From: an uncultured Verrucomicrobiota bacterium | GTDB taxonomy: Bacteria; Verrucomicrobiota; Kiritimatiellia; CAIQIC01; Lenti-01 | Reading direction: 5' to 3' | Length of the DNA stretch: 64,000 bases | Assembly: GCA_964393515.1 (NCBI GenBank) | Contig: CAYMTY010000012.1 | Span: forward strand, 3,473 to 67,472 | Shown here: positions 38,101-46,448 of the stretch, piece after piece | Layout of the letters: every line of letters begins with the position of its first letter | How positions within the stretch are numbered: the first letter of the stretch is position 1 | Translations under genes and position numbers: made by a program | The notes under the pieces: generated by a model | Seen by the model: only the letters and a program-made list of their open reading frames with translations | What the model was told of the DNA's origin: nothing | Databases searched by the model: none

Positions 38101-41100
38101 CTCCAGGCCGTCCAGCCGGTAGGCCCCGCCGGCATCGGTGAGTACCCGGCCGCCGGCGGCGCCCCAGTACTCCACGGCCAGCCCGCCCAGCCCCGCCGCG
38201 GTCTGCGCATCCCGCACCACCCCCGAAATGGTGTGCCGACGGGCGACCGGCACCGTGAAGGACAGCACCCACGGCCCCCGGGTCGGATGCACCATCGTCA
38301 GCGTGAATTCCGCCGGCCCGGCCGCGGCCGGCATCCGGACCCGGAAAGGCAGCGTGTTGCTCTGCTGCTGCCCGCTGGGAATGCCGGGCCAGGCCGCGGT
38401 GCCCTGCTGGATCACCACGCCGGCCGTGGCGCTGGCGAGAGTGCCAGTCGGATTCGCATAAAGGGCCGAGCCGTCATTGAACAGGCGGATGTACAAATCC
38501 ACGGTTTCGCTCGGCTCGGCGTGGCTGTCGCCGTCACCCGTGCCGTTATCCACCACGCGGACCTCCGTGATCACCGGGAACGGCGCGGCCAGCACGTCGA
38601 CCGTCACCGGGACCATCAGGACGTTGACACCGCCGCGGATGACGATATTGGCGGTATAGGTCCCCGCGGGCAGCTGGCCCGCCGCGTTGATCGCCACCTC
38701 GACGGACAGCCGGTCTCCCGCCGGGATGTTCCCCCGCTCCAGGTCCAGTTGCAGCCAAAAGGCCTGGATCTGCTCCAAGGCCGCTGCGGCGTCCAGGTGG
38801 CCGCCGGAGGCGACCTTCCCGGCCAAGACCGGGTCCCGCCGCGCCCCCAGCATCAGGGCGTCCCGCAGCATCGCCGGCGTGGCCCACGGGGCGATGGATT
38901 TCATCAAGCCGGCCACGCCGGCAACGTGGGGCGCGGCCATCGAAGTGCCGGATATGCTCTTATAGCCGTCCGCCATGGTGAAGACATCCAGATAGGTACT
39001 GAGAATGTCGACGCCGGGGGCGGCAATATCCACGGACTGTTCCCCGTAGTTCGAGAACCACGCCAGCAGCCCGTCGTGGTCCGTGGCGGCCACCGACACG
39101 ATGTTGTCGAGGTTGTACGACGCCGGATAGCTGGGATAGACATCGTTGTTCAGCGTATCGTTGCCGGCCGCCGCGACCACGAGGTGATCCTGGGCCAGCG
39201 CGGCGGCAATGGTTTCATACTCCACTCCGCTGAAATAGCTCCCGCCATAGCTGTGGTTGCTGATCTTGACGCCCTCGGCCACCGCGCGATTCAACGCATC
39301 TATCGCCGCCGCCGCGGAAAGGCTCAAGGTCTCGAGGCCCGTCAGCGGGTCGATCACCACGGTGGCGATTTTCAGCGGCATGAGCTTGGAATTCCAATTC
39401 ACGCCCACCACGCCGATTCGGTTGTCGCCAACGGCGCCGATGGTGCCGGCCACGTGGGTGCCGTGCTCGGCGACGTCGGCAATGGGATCCGGCGTGGGAT
39501 CGGGATCGTCGTCCCCGCAATCGTAGCCCGGCACCAGGTTGGCGGCCAGGTCGACGTGGTCGAGCTTCACGCCGGTGTCCACCACGGCGATGACCGTCCC
39601 GGTGCTGCCGACCGTGATGTCCCATGCCTGCGGCGCGCGGATGTCCGCGCCCAGGGTGCCGCCGGTCTGCCGGGTGTTCTCCAAGCCGTACATCTGCCCG
39701 AAGAACGGGTCCTCCGGCACGGCGAAGGGCTTCCGCCGGTAGTTGGGCTCCACGTAGCGGATGGCGGCATCCGCGGTGAGCGTGTCGGCGATCGCCGGCA
39801 GGGACCGGTTGGCCGGCACCCGGACGAGCGCCGCGGAAACCAGATCGAAGCGACGCAGCACCTGCGCGCCGACCGCGGCCAGGGCGCCGGCCTGGGCCTG
39901 AAGGCCGGCGGCGTCCTCGAACCGGACCAGCAATTCCCCTGGAACGTACGCCTCCGCGGGCAGGGACGCCCAATCGGTTGCGGGCAGCACCACCTCGCCC
40001 ACCCGGTCATGCGGAATCCCGGATACGAGTTCGATCCCGAGCTCGACAAAGCCGTCGAAGACTCCGGCGTTGTCGATTTCCAGCGTCAGGTTGGTCCCCG
40101 TGCCTTCGCGCAGGGTCACCGCGATGGGATCGGGCGCGGCCGTGACATTCCACGGCGCCACGGTGAAGTCCACGTTGGGGACATCGGCGTCCGCCACCGG
40201 CACGATCCGGGCGGGCGGCGCGCCGTACGGCGGCGGCGGCAGGACATAGACTTCATAGGCGCCGTTGACCAGGCCGAACACCTGGTAGTCGCCGGCGGCA
40301 TCCGTCAGGGCCTGGCCCGTGAAATTGCTGCCGACGACCTTGACGACCGCACCCTCCACCGGAGCGGCCGCCATATCCTGCACGTTTCCGGAGATGGCGT
40401 GGCGCACGGTCACGGTCAGGGCGAAGGTCAAGGCGGTCACCCGGGCCTCGACATCGGTAACTTCCAGATCGAACTCAACCACCTCGCCCGCCGCCAAGGC
40501 CGGATCCAGAGTGATCCGCGGATACTCCGCCGGCGGCACGGTCAGGGGATCGACCACCGGGCTGGCCGCGCTGCCGGCCGGCACGCTGATCCAGGACACG
40601 GCGTCCTGGTCGACAGTCGTGGCGGTGCCGCCGCCGTAGCTGACAATGCCCGCCAGCTGCAGCGCATCCTGGCTCCCGGAGTTGCCCAGGAAAATATCGA
40701 TGTCCAGAGACTCGCCGGCCTCCGGATAGGCGTCCCCGTCGCCGCCGATCACGCGTGTGCCCTGGATATAGAGGACCGGGCTGGCCGCCACGGTCAGCGT
40801 CACGGGGATCAGGATGTCCTCGCCGCCGATGTCATTGCTGATCAACCGCAGGATCGCTTCATACGGCTGTTCGGAGGGCGTCAAATCGGCGGCGGCGACG
40901 GCCACTTCGACCGTGGCGCCCGCGCCCGCGGGCACGGCGCCGGCGGCCGGGTCCACGGCCAGCCAAGCCGGGATTTCCGCCATGGCCGGGTGCGGGAGAT
41001 AATCCACCCGGAGATCATAGTCCAGCGGCAGATTGCCGGTGCTGTTGTCCAGCGCGAGGCTCTCCAGCGCCGCGCCGCCCTCGCCCAGTTCCAGGACAAA

Positions 41101-44100
41101 GAGCAGCGGCGCAGGATTGGCGGTGGCCCGTCCCAGGCCGAAGTTGGCGGTGGCCGGGCCCGTCCGGGAAACCGGCGCGCTCGGCGAATATTCGCCGGGT
41201 TTCAACGCCCGGATATCGTACGCCACGCCCGGAACGAGGCCATGCAGGGCATAGGTGCCATCCGCCCCGGAATAGGCCTCGAGCTCCGGATATCCGGGTG
41301 CCTGGCCGCGGATCCAGGCATCCGCGATGGGATTGCCGGTGAACAGGTCCGTCACCACGCCGGTCACGCTTTCCCGCACGGCGATTTCCACCGCCAGCGT
41401 ATCGGGATACGGCCCGAGGCCGCCGTCGGCCTGCGCGCTGTGGAAAACCGTGAACCACGTTCCGCCGGGCACATCCGCAGCAACCGCCAGAGGCAGCTGC
41501 GTCCCGCTGAAGGCGTTGTCCCCGGGATCCAGGTCGCCGTAGAGGACGGTGGCCGGAGTCGGCGTCAACGTCACCCCGGGGGTGGGCACGGTGACCGTGG
41601 CCCGGGCATTCATGAGCGCCTGGGTCTGGGTCGAGTTGTAGACCTCCAAATCCAGGAAGAAGCTTTCGCCCGGTTCCGCATGACCGTCCCCGTCGCCCCC
41701 GGCCAGGTCGTCGATGACATGGCTCACGATGCTGATGCCCGGCGGCAGCACGTGGGAAATCCGGACGTCATCGAGATACCAGCCCGCGGCGGTTTGCTGG
41801 GCGTCGGACTCGATGCGGAACCGCACCCGGATGGCTTGGTTGCTGAAATTGGCCAGTTCCACCGTCACCAGCTGCCATTCTGCGGCGGAGCCCTCCACGA
41901 CGTTCGCCCCAAACGAGGATTGGGCCGTGACATTGACCCAGCCGGCCCCGGCATTGACCTCGATGACGCCGAAATCCCCGGCGCCGAACTGGTGCCACGA
42001 CCAGAATTCCAGGCGCGGGTTGAGTTTCACCTCGACGGACGTGCCTACCACTGCGGCTTTGGCCAGGTGCGGATAGTTGCCGTCCAGAATGGTGCCCCAG
42101 GCCCGCATCCCCGAATGGGCGCCCACCGGGCCGAAGGTCGGAATGCCGTACTCCCAACAGGCCACCCCGTTGAGGTTGGTGATGGTCCATCCGGCCACGC
42201 CGGATTCCATGTCGTTCTCGTAGACCACCCGGCGCAGCGGCGTGATGAACTTCAAGTAGTCGTCTTCCACCGTGGAGGTCAGATCTGCCGGGGCCGAGGC
42301 CTTGTTGCCGGCATAATCCTCGGACAGGACCGCGACAAAGTAGCGGGTTGCGCCTTCGACGGGGATCGACACTTCATGCACGTATTGCGTCACGCCCTCG
42401 ACCACGGTCGGCGTGTCCACATACACGCCCCCGCCCGTCTCCGGCAGCAACGTGGCCAATCCGCCGGCCGGAATTGCCTGGGCCAGAACGTACCGGGAAT
42501 CCGCCGGCTCGTCCGTGGCCCAGGACACCACGGCCGTATCCTCGGTCAGACTGAGCAGCTTTACCCCGCTGATGACCGGCGGTGTGTCGTCGATGGGAGC
42601 CGCCGCCGTCGCGGTCTTGCCGCCCGGACTGGTGTAGGAAATCGTCAGCGTGTCGCCATCCACCGCCATGGTGCCGCTGGCCAACGCCAGCTGGCCGGTA
42701 AAGCTGATGCCTGCGTCATACGGCAGGGTCAACGCATCGCTCCAGCGCAGGACCCCGTCGGGATCCCGGATCTCGCCGTCCGCCGTCACGTCCGCCGGCA
42801 GCGGCGCGGGCAGGGTCGGATCGCTCACGGTGACCTGGACCGTGGCATCCGACTGGTAGGCCGGCCGGTCCAGCGCAACTTGCGGCCCCAGCGCCGCCAC
42901 TGCGGCGTAGAGATCCAGCTCGCCGCCGGTGACCACCTTGCCATCCAGATTCGCATTCGGCGCAACACTCGTCAGGAGCGCGTCCCGGATCACGGTGTAG
43001 GGATAATCCGGATTGAGGCTCCACAGCAGAGCCGCCGCCCCCGCCACGTGCGGGCAGGCCATGGAGGTGCCGCTGTAGGAGTCCAGCGCATCCCCCCCGC
43101 CGCCGGGGACGGTGCTGAGAATGTCCACGCCGGGCGCGGCCAGATCCACGCTTTCCAGGCCGTAATTGGAAAAGTCCGCCAGTTCCCCGGCGGAATCGAT
43201 GGCTGCGACCGCGATCAGGTTGGGCAGGTCATAGCTGGACGGATAATGGGGATAGGCGTCGTTGTCCTCGCCGTCATTGCCCGCCGCCGCAATGAACAGC
43301 TGCCCGTAGACTTCGCCGGCTTTCTTGATGGCGTCGTACAGGCCCTGGCTGTACCCGCCCCCGCCCCAGCTGTTGTTGGTGATCTTGATCTTGAGCGCGG
43401 TGTTGGTGGCCGCATATTCGACGGCCTCGATCGCGTCGGCCGTGCTGCCATAGGGATCCAGGAATTTCAGGGCGATCATCTTGACCTGCCAGTTCACGCC
43501 CGCCACCCCGAGGGCATTGTTGCCGACGGCCCCGATGGTTCCGGACACATGTGTGCCATGGCCGTGGTTGTCCTGCTGGTCCGGGATGTCGTTGGCAAAA
43601 TCGTAGCTGCCCGGCGCGATGTTGGCCTGCAAATCCTGGTGGGCGGTGTAAATGCCCGTGTCAATGATGCCGACCACCATTTCCTGGCTGCCTTGCGTGA
43701 TGTCCCAGGCTTCTGGCGCGCGGATGCGCTCCATGCCCCATAAATCACCGTAATGGGGGTCGTCCGGCACCGTTGCGACCGGGCGCAGGATGTAATTCGG
43801 CTCGACATAGGCCACCGCGGGATCCGCCAGGTACTGCTTGGCGGCCTGGGCCAGGGAGACCTGCCGGGGCAGGCGCACCTGCGCCACGGGGGTGATCCGG
43901 AACTGCCGGACGACTTCGGCGCCAACCTGCCGGTGCAGGGCGGCGACCGTCGCCGGGACGGCTTCCCCCTTGAATCCAACCAGCAGCTCGCCGGCCACAT
44001 ATTGTTCCGTGAAAACCGGCTTGTCCCAGTCGATGCCGGGGTGCGCGGCCCAGCCCGGACCGGCGGCCAGGAAGAACAAGCCGGCGCACAGCAGCCGGAA

Positions 44101-44130
44101 ACTGCGAAACGCGTGATGGTTTTTCGTCAT
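35167..44130 (-). CDS. Giant (2987 aa) secreted protein with two complete tandem (I9 propeptide + S8 subtilisin) units, CarbopepD_reg-like beta-sandwich domains, a six-blade NHL-repeat propeller, TSP3-like repeats and a C-terminal beta-domain
   Basis: Signal peptide MTKNHHAFRSFRLLCAGLFFLAAGPGWA. Triad 1: VGIIDTGI / HGHGTHVSGTIGA / GTSMACPHVAGAAALL. Triad 2: AVVDTGV / EHGTHVAGTIGA / GTSMAAPHVAGVAGLM. NHL repeats include ADSANHRIQVF, ADMDNHRVQVFDPEGNF, ADTDNDRLQGF, ADTSNHRIQVLNP and ADTWNHRLLQLE. The antisense 3089-aa ORF 34474..43743 + is an artefact. Confidence 0.85.
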   Translation of the reverse strand: MTKNHHAFRSFRLLCAGLFFLAAGPGWAAHPGIDWDKPVFTEQYVAGELLVGFKGEAVPATVAALHRQVGAEVVRQFRITPVAQVRLPRQVSLAQAAKQYLADPAVAYVEPNYILRPVATVPDDPHYGDLWGMERIRAPEAWDITQGSQEMVVGIIDTGIYTAHQDLQANIAPGSYDFANDIPDQQDNHGHGTHVSGTIGAVGNNALGVAGVNWQVKMIALKFLDPYGSTADAIEAVEYAATNTALKIKITNNSWGGGGYSQGLYDAIKKAGEVYGQLFIAAAGNDGEDNDAYPHYPSSYDLPNLIAVAAIDSAGELADFSNYGLESVDLAAPGVDILSTVPGGGGDALDSYSGTSMACPHVAGAAALLWSLNPDYPYTVIRDALLTSVAPNANLDGKVVTGGELDLYAAVAALGPQVALDRPAYQSDATVQVTVSDPTLPAPLPADVTADGEIRDPDGVLRWSDALTLPYDAGISFTGQLALASGTMAVDGDTLTISYTSPGGKTATAAAPIDDTPPVISGVKLLSLTEDTAVVSWATDEPADSRYVLAQAIPAGGLATLLPETGGGVYVDTPTVVEGVTQYVHEVSIPVEGATRYFVAVLSEDYAGNKASAPADLTSTVEDDYLKFITPLRRVVYENDMESGVAGWTITNLNGVACWEYGIPTFGPVGAHSGMRAWGTILDGNYPHLAKAAVVGTSVEVKLNPRLEFWSWHQFGAGDFGVIEVNAGAGWVNVTAQSSFGANVVEGSAAEWQLVTVELANFSNQAIRVRFRIESDAQQTAAGWYLDDVRISHVLPPGISIVSHVIDDLAGGDGDGHAEPGESFFLDLEVYNSTQTQALMNARATVTVPTPGVTLTPTPATVLYGDLDPGDNAFSGTQLPLAVAADVPGGTWFTVFHSAQADGGLGPYPDTLAVEIAVRESVTGVVTDLFTGNPIADAWIRGQAPGYPELEAYSGADGTYALHGLVPGVAYDIRALKPGEYSPSAPVSRTGPATANFGLGRATANPAPLLFVLELGEGGAALESLALDNSTGNLPLDYDLRVDYLPHPAMAEIPAWLAVDPAAGAVPAGAGATVEVAVAAADLTPSEQPYEAILRLISNDIGGEDILIPVTLTVAASPVLYIQGTRVIGGDGDAYPEAGESLDIDIFLGNSGSQDALQLAGIVSYGGGTATTVDQDAVSWISVPAGSAASPVVDPLTVPPAEYPRITLDPALAAGEVVEFDLEVTDVEARVTALTFALTVTVRHAISGNVQDMAAAPVEGAVVKVVGSNFTGQALTDAAGDYQVFGLVNGAYEVYVLPPPPYGAPPARIVPVADADVPNVDFTVAPWNVTAAPDPIAVTLREGTGTNLTLEIDNAGVFDGFVELGIELVSGIPHDRVGEVVLPATDWASLPAEAYVPGELLVRFEDAAGLQAQAGALAAVGAQVLRRFDLVSAALVRVPANRSLPAIADTLTADAAIRYVEPNYRRKPFAVPEDPFFGQMYGLENTRQTGGTLGADIRAPQAWDITVGSTGTVIAVVDTGVKLDHVDLAANLVPGYDCGDDDPDPTPDPIADVAEHGTHVAGTIGAVGDNRIGVVGVNWNSKLMPLKIATVVIDPLTGLETLSLSAAAAIDALNRAVAEGVKISNHSYGGSYFSGVEYETIAAALAQDHLVVAAAGNDTLNNDVYPSYPASYNLDNIVSVAATDHDGLLAWFSNYGEQSVDIAAPGVDILSTYLDVFTMADGYKSISGTSMAAPHVAGVAGLMKSIAPWATPAMLRDALMLGARRDPVLAGKVASGGHLDAAAALEQIQAFWLQLDLERGNIPAGDRLSVEVAINAAGQLPAGTYTANIVIRGGVNVLMVPVTVDVLAAPFPVITEVRVVDNGTGDGDSHAEPSETVDLYIRLFNDGSALYANPTGTLASATAGVVIQQGTAAWPGIPSGQQQSNTLPFRVRMPAAAGPAEFTLTMVHPTRGPWVLSFTVPVARRHTISGVVRDAQTAAGLGGLAVEYWGAAGGRVLTDAGGAYRLDGLEDGVYRVRALGESHEKSAATVCTIAGGNQTAHFSLRRPEVAFGATQLEFAVQAGQDQELELLLDNPAADSFQFRILSSQPRRIGLISDRNNLAPLQPVLQALGWTVALWSNNLAVADGVQTGLHSTDEEVVLPQDLVILDLGGTAGTGRLLSAAEETLFNTFLARGGKLIVVGANVLTRPDDRRMCGLVGADSLDRAASTGTVAVLAQALPIDTNWVAIQPGDRVAVAPRIYDEATPDAAETVASFFEVDGASKIMRRVTAEGGVVVLWNGNLDAGEWNQRGVWQDVLQGLVENELREPVAWLHVTPETAGFSGGSLPVTVRAESAGLAIGTHQAVLLVRGNYPGADVRTVAVSFEVARPTLRAQSTTGVQNWMGQYLSGTGGPDASLFQLVYAGPDGAINAPRTDGQTTGDDVILLTFPFGRNHGRIGVGYEWLPEHGRFDENFQHDLMPTTPVRNVYVRAWDAATFVDSVAYGDSGLYALDLSAGETHDFGTWVVDRVLGYPGTPGALPDSNGDSIPDGYCVLNGMDPHQPILPLEAGWTQQQAVGDYGTATGQFRFPTRLFLTEAFVFVLDRENSRISVWNRATLAHVRNYGANGTGAGQFASPYGLGKDPNADRFAVADSANHRIQVFTFYPGTGQIAFERQFGSYGSANGQFKNPRDVAIDPLGRFFVADMDNHRVQVFDPEGNFQFAFGAYGTANGQLKSPQGIAVDADGIVYVADTDNDRLQGFSGGGAFLWKTGTAGNGLGQFNKPMDLQLGAGGRLYVADTSNHRIQVLNPSRTPVGALGQYGSGDGEVKFPHDAAPALDSGAIYVADTWNHRLLQLEAVLDGDGDGIDDTYELLHDLDPTNPLDAMEDDDGDLLLNIGEYRLRLNPQVADTDGDGYTDGEEVAAGTDPADPTDAPLYVRNLQPAAPFTFTWMGSAGMTYAVQVTSNLVSAPWMTIPGSEVAVATSGLQVFTNLDVNVPWLFFRPVRLP

Positions 44131-44732
44131 TGCTCGGAATCCTCCGCTGGCAGGGCTGTACCGGTCTCTTCGGGATCCGGAGCCGCCGCTCCGGACGTGA
44201 AATCATTTCCAGCGGCCACCCCGTCCGGCGGCTGCTCCAGGGCTTGCAGTTCCAGTTGCTTGCGTACCCGGTCATTGGCCAGCGTCATGATTTCCCGCTG
44301 GATTGTCCCAATCCGCCCGCTCACCCCTGCCTGCTGTTCCTGGAATGCCGTATAGCCCGGGTCGGCAGCCAGCTGCTGGGCCAGGGATTCCTGCAGAGCT
44401 TGCAGTTCGCGCTGCGCGGCTTCGATCCGCTGCTCGAGATCCTGCATGACGGCGTTGCTGGCCACGATCTGCCGGTGGATCTCAAACTGGCTGCGGTGCG
44501 TTTCGCGGGCCTGTTCCATCAGGGCGGTTTGCTCCTGCTCCAGGACCGCCAGCCGGCTGTCAATGGCGCTGATTTGCTCCTGGAACTCGCGCGCCGGATC
44601 TGCCGGCATCTCCGCCGGCGCCGGCGTTTCTGGAAGCTCTTCGGCAAAACTGCTTGCGGGTAAAAATAATAGCGGAACCAGGCTGAAAACCAACGACAAG
44701 CCGCAACGCGAAAACATGCCCAACCTCTTCAT
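44127..44732 (-). CDS. Small secreted acidic coiled-coil protein (partner 2). Its stop overlaps the ATG of the 2987-aa gene (ATGA).
   Basis: MKRLGMFSRCGLSLVFSLVPLLFLPASSFAEE (signal), a Pro/Glu linker, then long Gln/Glu-rich coiled coil (RLAVLEQEQTALMEQARETHRSQFEIHRQIVASNAVMQDLEQRIEAAQRELQALQESLAQQLAAD...) and an acidic tail. Same architecture as 34542..35045. Confidence 0.55.
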   Translation of the reverse strand: MKRLGMFSRCGLSLVFSLVPLLFLPASSFAEELPETPAPAEMPADPAREFQEQISAIDSRLAVLEQEQTALMEQARETHRSQFEIHRQIVASNAVMQDLEQRIEAAQRELQALQESLAQQLAADPGYTAFQEQQAGVSGRIGTIQREIMTLANDRVRKQLELQALEQPPDGVAAGNDFTSGAAAPDPEETGTALPAEDSEQ

Positions 44733-45044
44733 TTCATTCTATAGCAGGCTCAATCCGCCGGCTGGCCAAACCGGATGAAACTCCCTCGTCACCGCCGCCT
44801 GCAGGAGCCAGGCAACGGCTCAGATTGTCCAACGCTCTTCCTCGGAACGCGGAAAAAACGTTGTGCTTTCTTTAATTACACTCCAATTCGCCGGAACTGG
44901 CAACCAAAAAAAAGCCTGGGACGCAGTCGGTTTTCCCCTCCCGATCGCGTCACCGGGCAACTTGTTGGGGGGATCGCCGCGCCCGGCCGGTAAATCGTTT
45001 TCCGGCGAAAAGGTCGGAGGCGGAAGGCGGTAATAATTCCGTAA

Positions 45045-46085
45045 TCAACCGGCCAGAGCCGCGAGAAAGGCGTCCATCTGCGCGTCGGTTCCGATGCTCA
45101 CGCGCAAATAGTTGGCCGTGCGTCCCGCCGGGAAATAGCGGACCAGGATGTTCTGCCGCCGCAGCGCGGCGAAGAGATCGGCGGCGGCGGTCCCGGCCGG
45201 CGGCGCCACGAACAGGAAATTGGCGGCCGAAGGCACGATTGCGAAGCCTCGCTTCTCCAGTTCGGCGACGATGCGCCGGCGGGTAGCCACGATCCGGCGC
45301 GCATTGTCCTCCATCCACGGCAAATCCCCCAGGGCGGCCAAGGCGAGCGCCTGCGCCAGCCGGTCCACGTTGTAGGAATCCTTCAGCTTGTACAACGCCC
45401 CGATCAATTCCGGAGAGCCAATGGCATATCCAATGCGCAACCCGGCAAGGGAGAATGACTTGGAAAGCGTGCGGCACACCAGCACATTGGGCAGTTCCCG
45501 AGCCAGTGCAAGGCAGTCCCGCCCTTCGGCAAAGGCCACATAGGCCTCGTCCACCAGCACCACCCCTGGAAAATGCCGGCAGAAAGCCCGAATGGCCTCC
45601 ATGGGATAGAACATGCCGGTCGGGGCATTGGGATTGGCCAGGAAGAACAGCGAGGCGGCCAGGTTGTCCGGCGGCTCCGCCCAACCGAAACCTCCCGGCA
45701 GGGGAACCGACCGGAAGGCTACCTCTTCCGCCGCGGCCAGCACCGGATAAAGCGAATAGGATGGATCGAACGACGCCACGGCACCGCCCGGTTGCGTGAA
45801 GGTCCGCGTGGCCAGTCGCAAAACCTCGTCGGACCCGTTGCCCACGAACACCTGGTCGGCCGAGCAGCCGCTGATCGCCGCAATCCGCGCCCGCAAGGCC
45901 GAGCACATCGGATCGGGATAGAGGCGCAAGTCCTCCGCCGCGAATCCGCGCAGGACGCGCGTCACCGCCGGGCTCGGCGGATACGGATTCTCGTTGGTGT
46001 TGAGCTTGACCAGCCCCGCCACCTGCGGCTGCTCGCCGGGCGTGTAGGCCGTCAACTCCTGGACCGATTTGCGGATGAGATTCAT
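45045..46085 (-). CDS. hisC: Histidinol-phosphate aminotransferase
   Basis: NTNENPYPPSP substrate loop, PLP lysine context TLSKSFSLAGLRIGY, and class-II aminotransferase length (346 aa). Confidence 0.9.
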   Translation of the reverse strand: MNLIRKSVQELTAYTPGEQPQVAGLVKLNTNENPYPPSPAVTRVLRGFAAEDLRLYPDPMCSALRARIAAISGCSADQVFVGNGSDEVLRLATRTFTQPGGAVASFDPSYSLYPVLAAAEEVAFRSVPLPGGFGWAEPPDNLAASLFFLANPNAPTGMFYPMEAIRAFCRHFPGVVLVDEAYVAFAEGRDCLALARELPNVLVCRTLSKSFSLAGLRIGYAIGSPELIGALYKLKDSYNVDRLAQALALAALGDLPWMEDNARRIVATRRRIVAELEKRGFAIVPSAANFLFVAPPAGTAAADLFAALRRQNILVRYFPAGRTANYLRVSIGTDAQMDAFLAALAG

Positions 46086-46237
46086 GGATGTTCCGGGGAT
46101 TCATAACGCAAAAGGCGCACGGGACGCAAGAAAACAGCCGACAGCCGGAACTACGAATGTCGCGAATCGCACGAATGAACCGCTGACGAACACCACGGGG
46201 ATCAACGTGTCCGCCCACCGCAGGTGCGGCAGGCGGA

Positions 46238-46402
46238 GGATTTCTTTGGGATTTTGCCGGGTTTTCTCGCGAAAATAATACGCAGATTTTCCGGAGATGC
46301 CGCTTCGCGGACGACCCGAGCTGGACTCGTGTCCGCGAGCGGTCGGCCTCGAAGCGGCAGAACGGAAAAGATGCGGATTGGTTTTCGCGCCGGCGAACTC
46401 CC
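46238..46402. repeat. Copy B of the roughly 160-bp palindromic element (TIRs GGATTTCTTTGGG ... CCCAAAGAAATCC), inserted between hisD and hisC
   Basis: Aligns base-by-base with 15829..15983. The identical 50-nt core is retained. The TIR substitution CCGG to TGGG is mirrored by CCGG to CCCA at the other end, a compensatory change. Confidence 0.8.
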
Positions 46403-46448
46403 AAAGAAATCCTCTTGTCCCCGAACTGTCCGAAACGGAAGCAGGCGG

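Noticed and set aside
24230-43743. Giant antisense ORFs (992, 2386 and 3089 aa) opposite the two giant genes
   Set aside because: They are uniformly Gly/Ala/Arg/Val-rich without domains. The sense strands carry dense, recognisable S8, LamG, VWA, NHL and TSP3 signatures.
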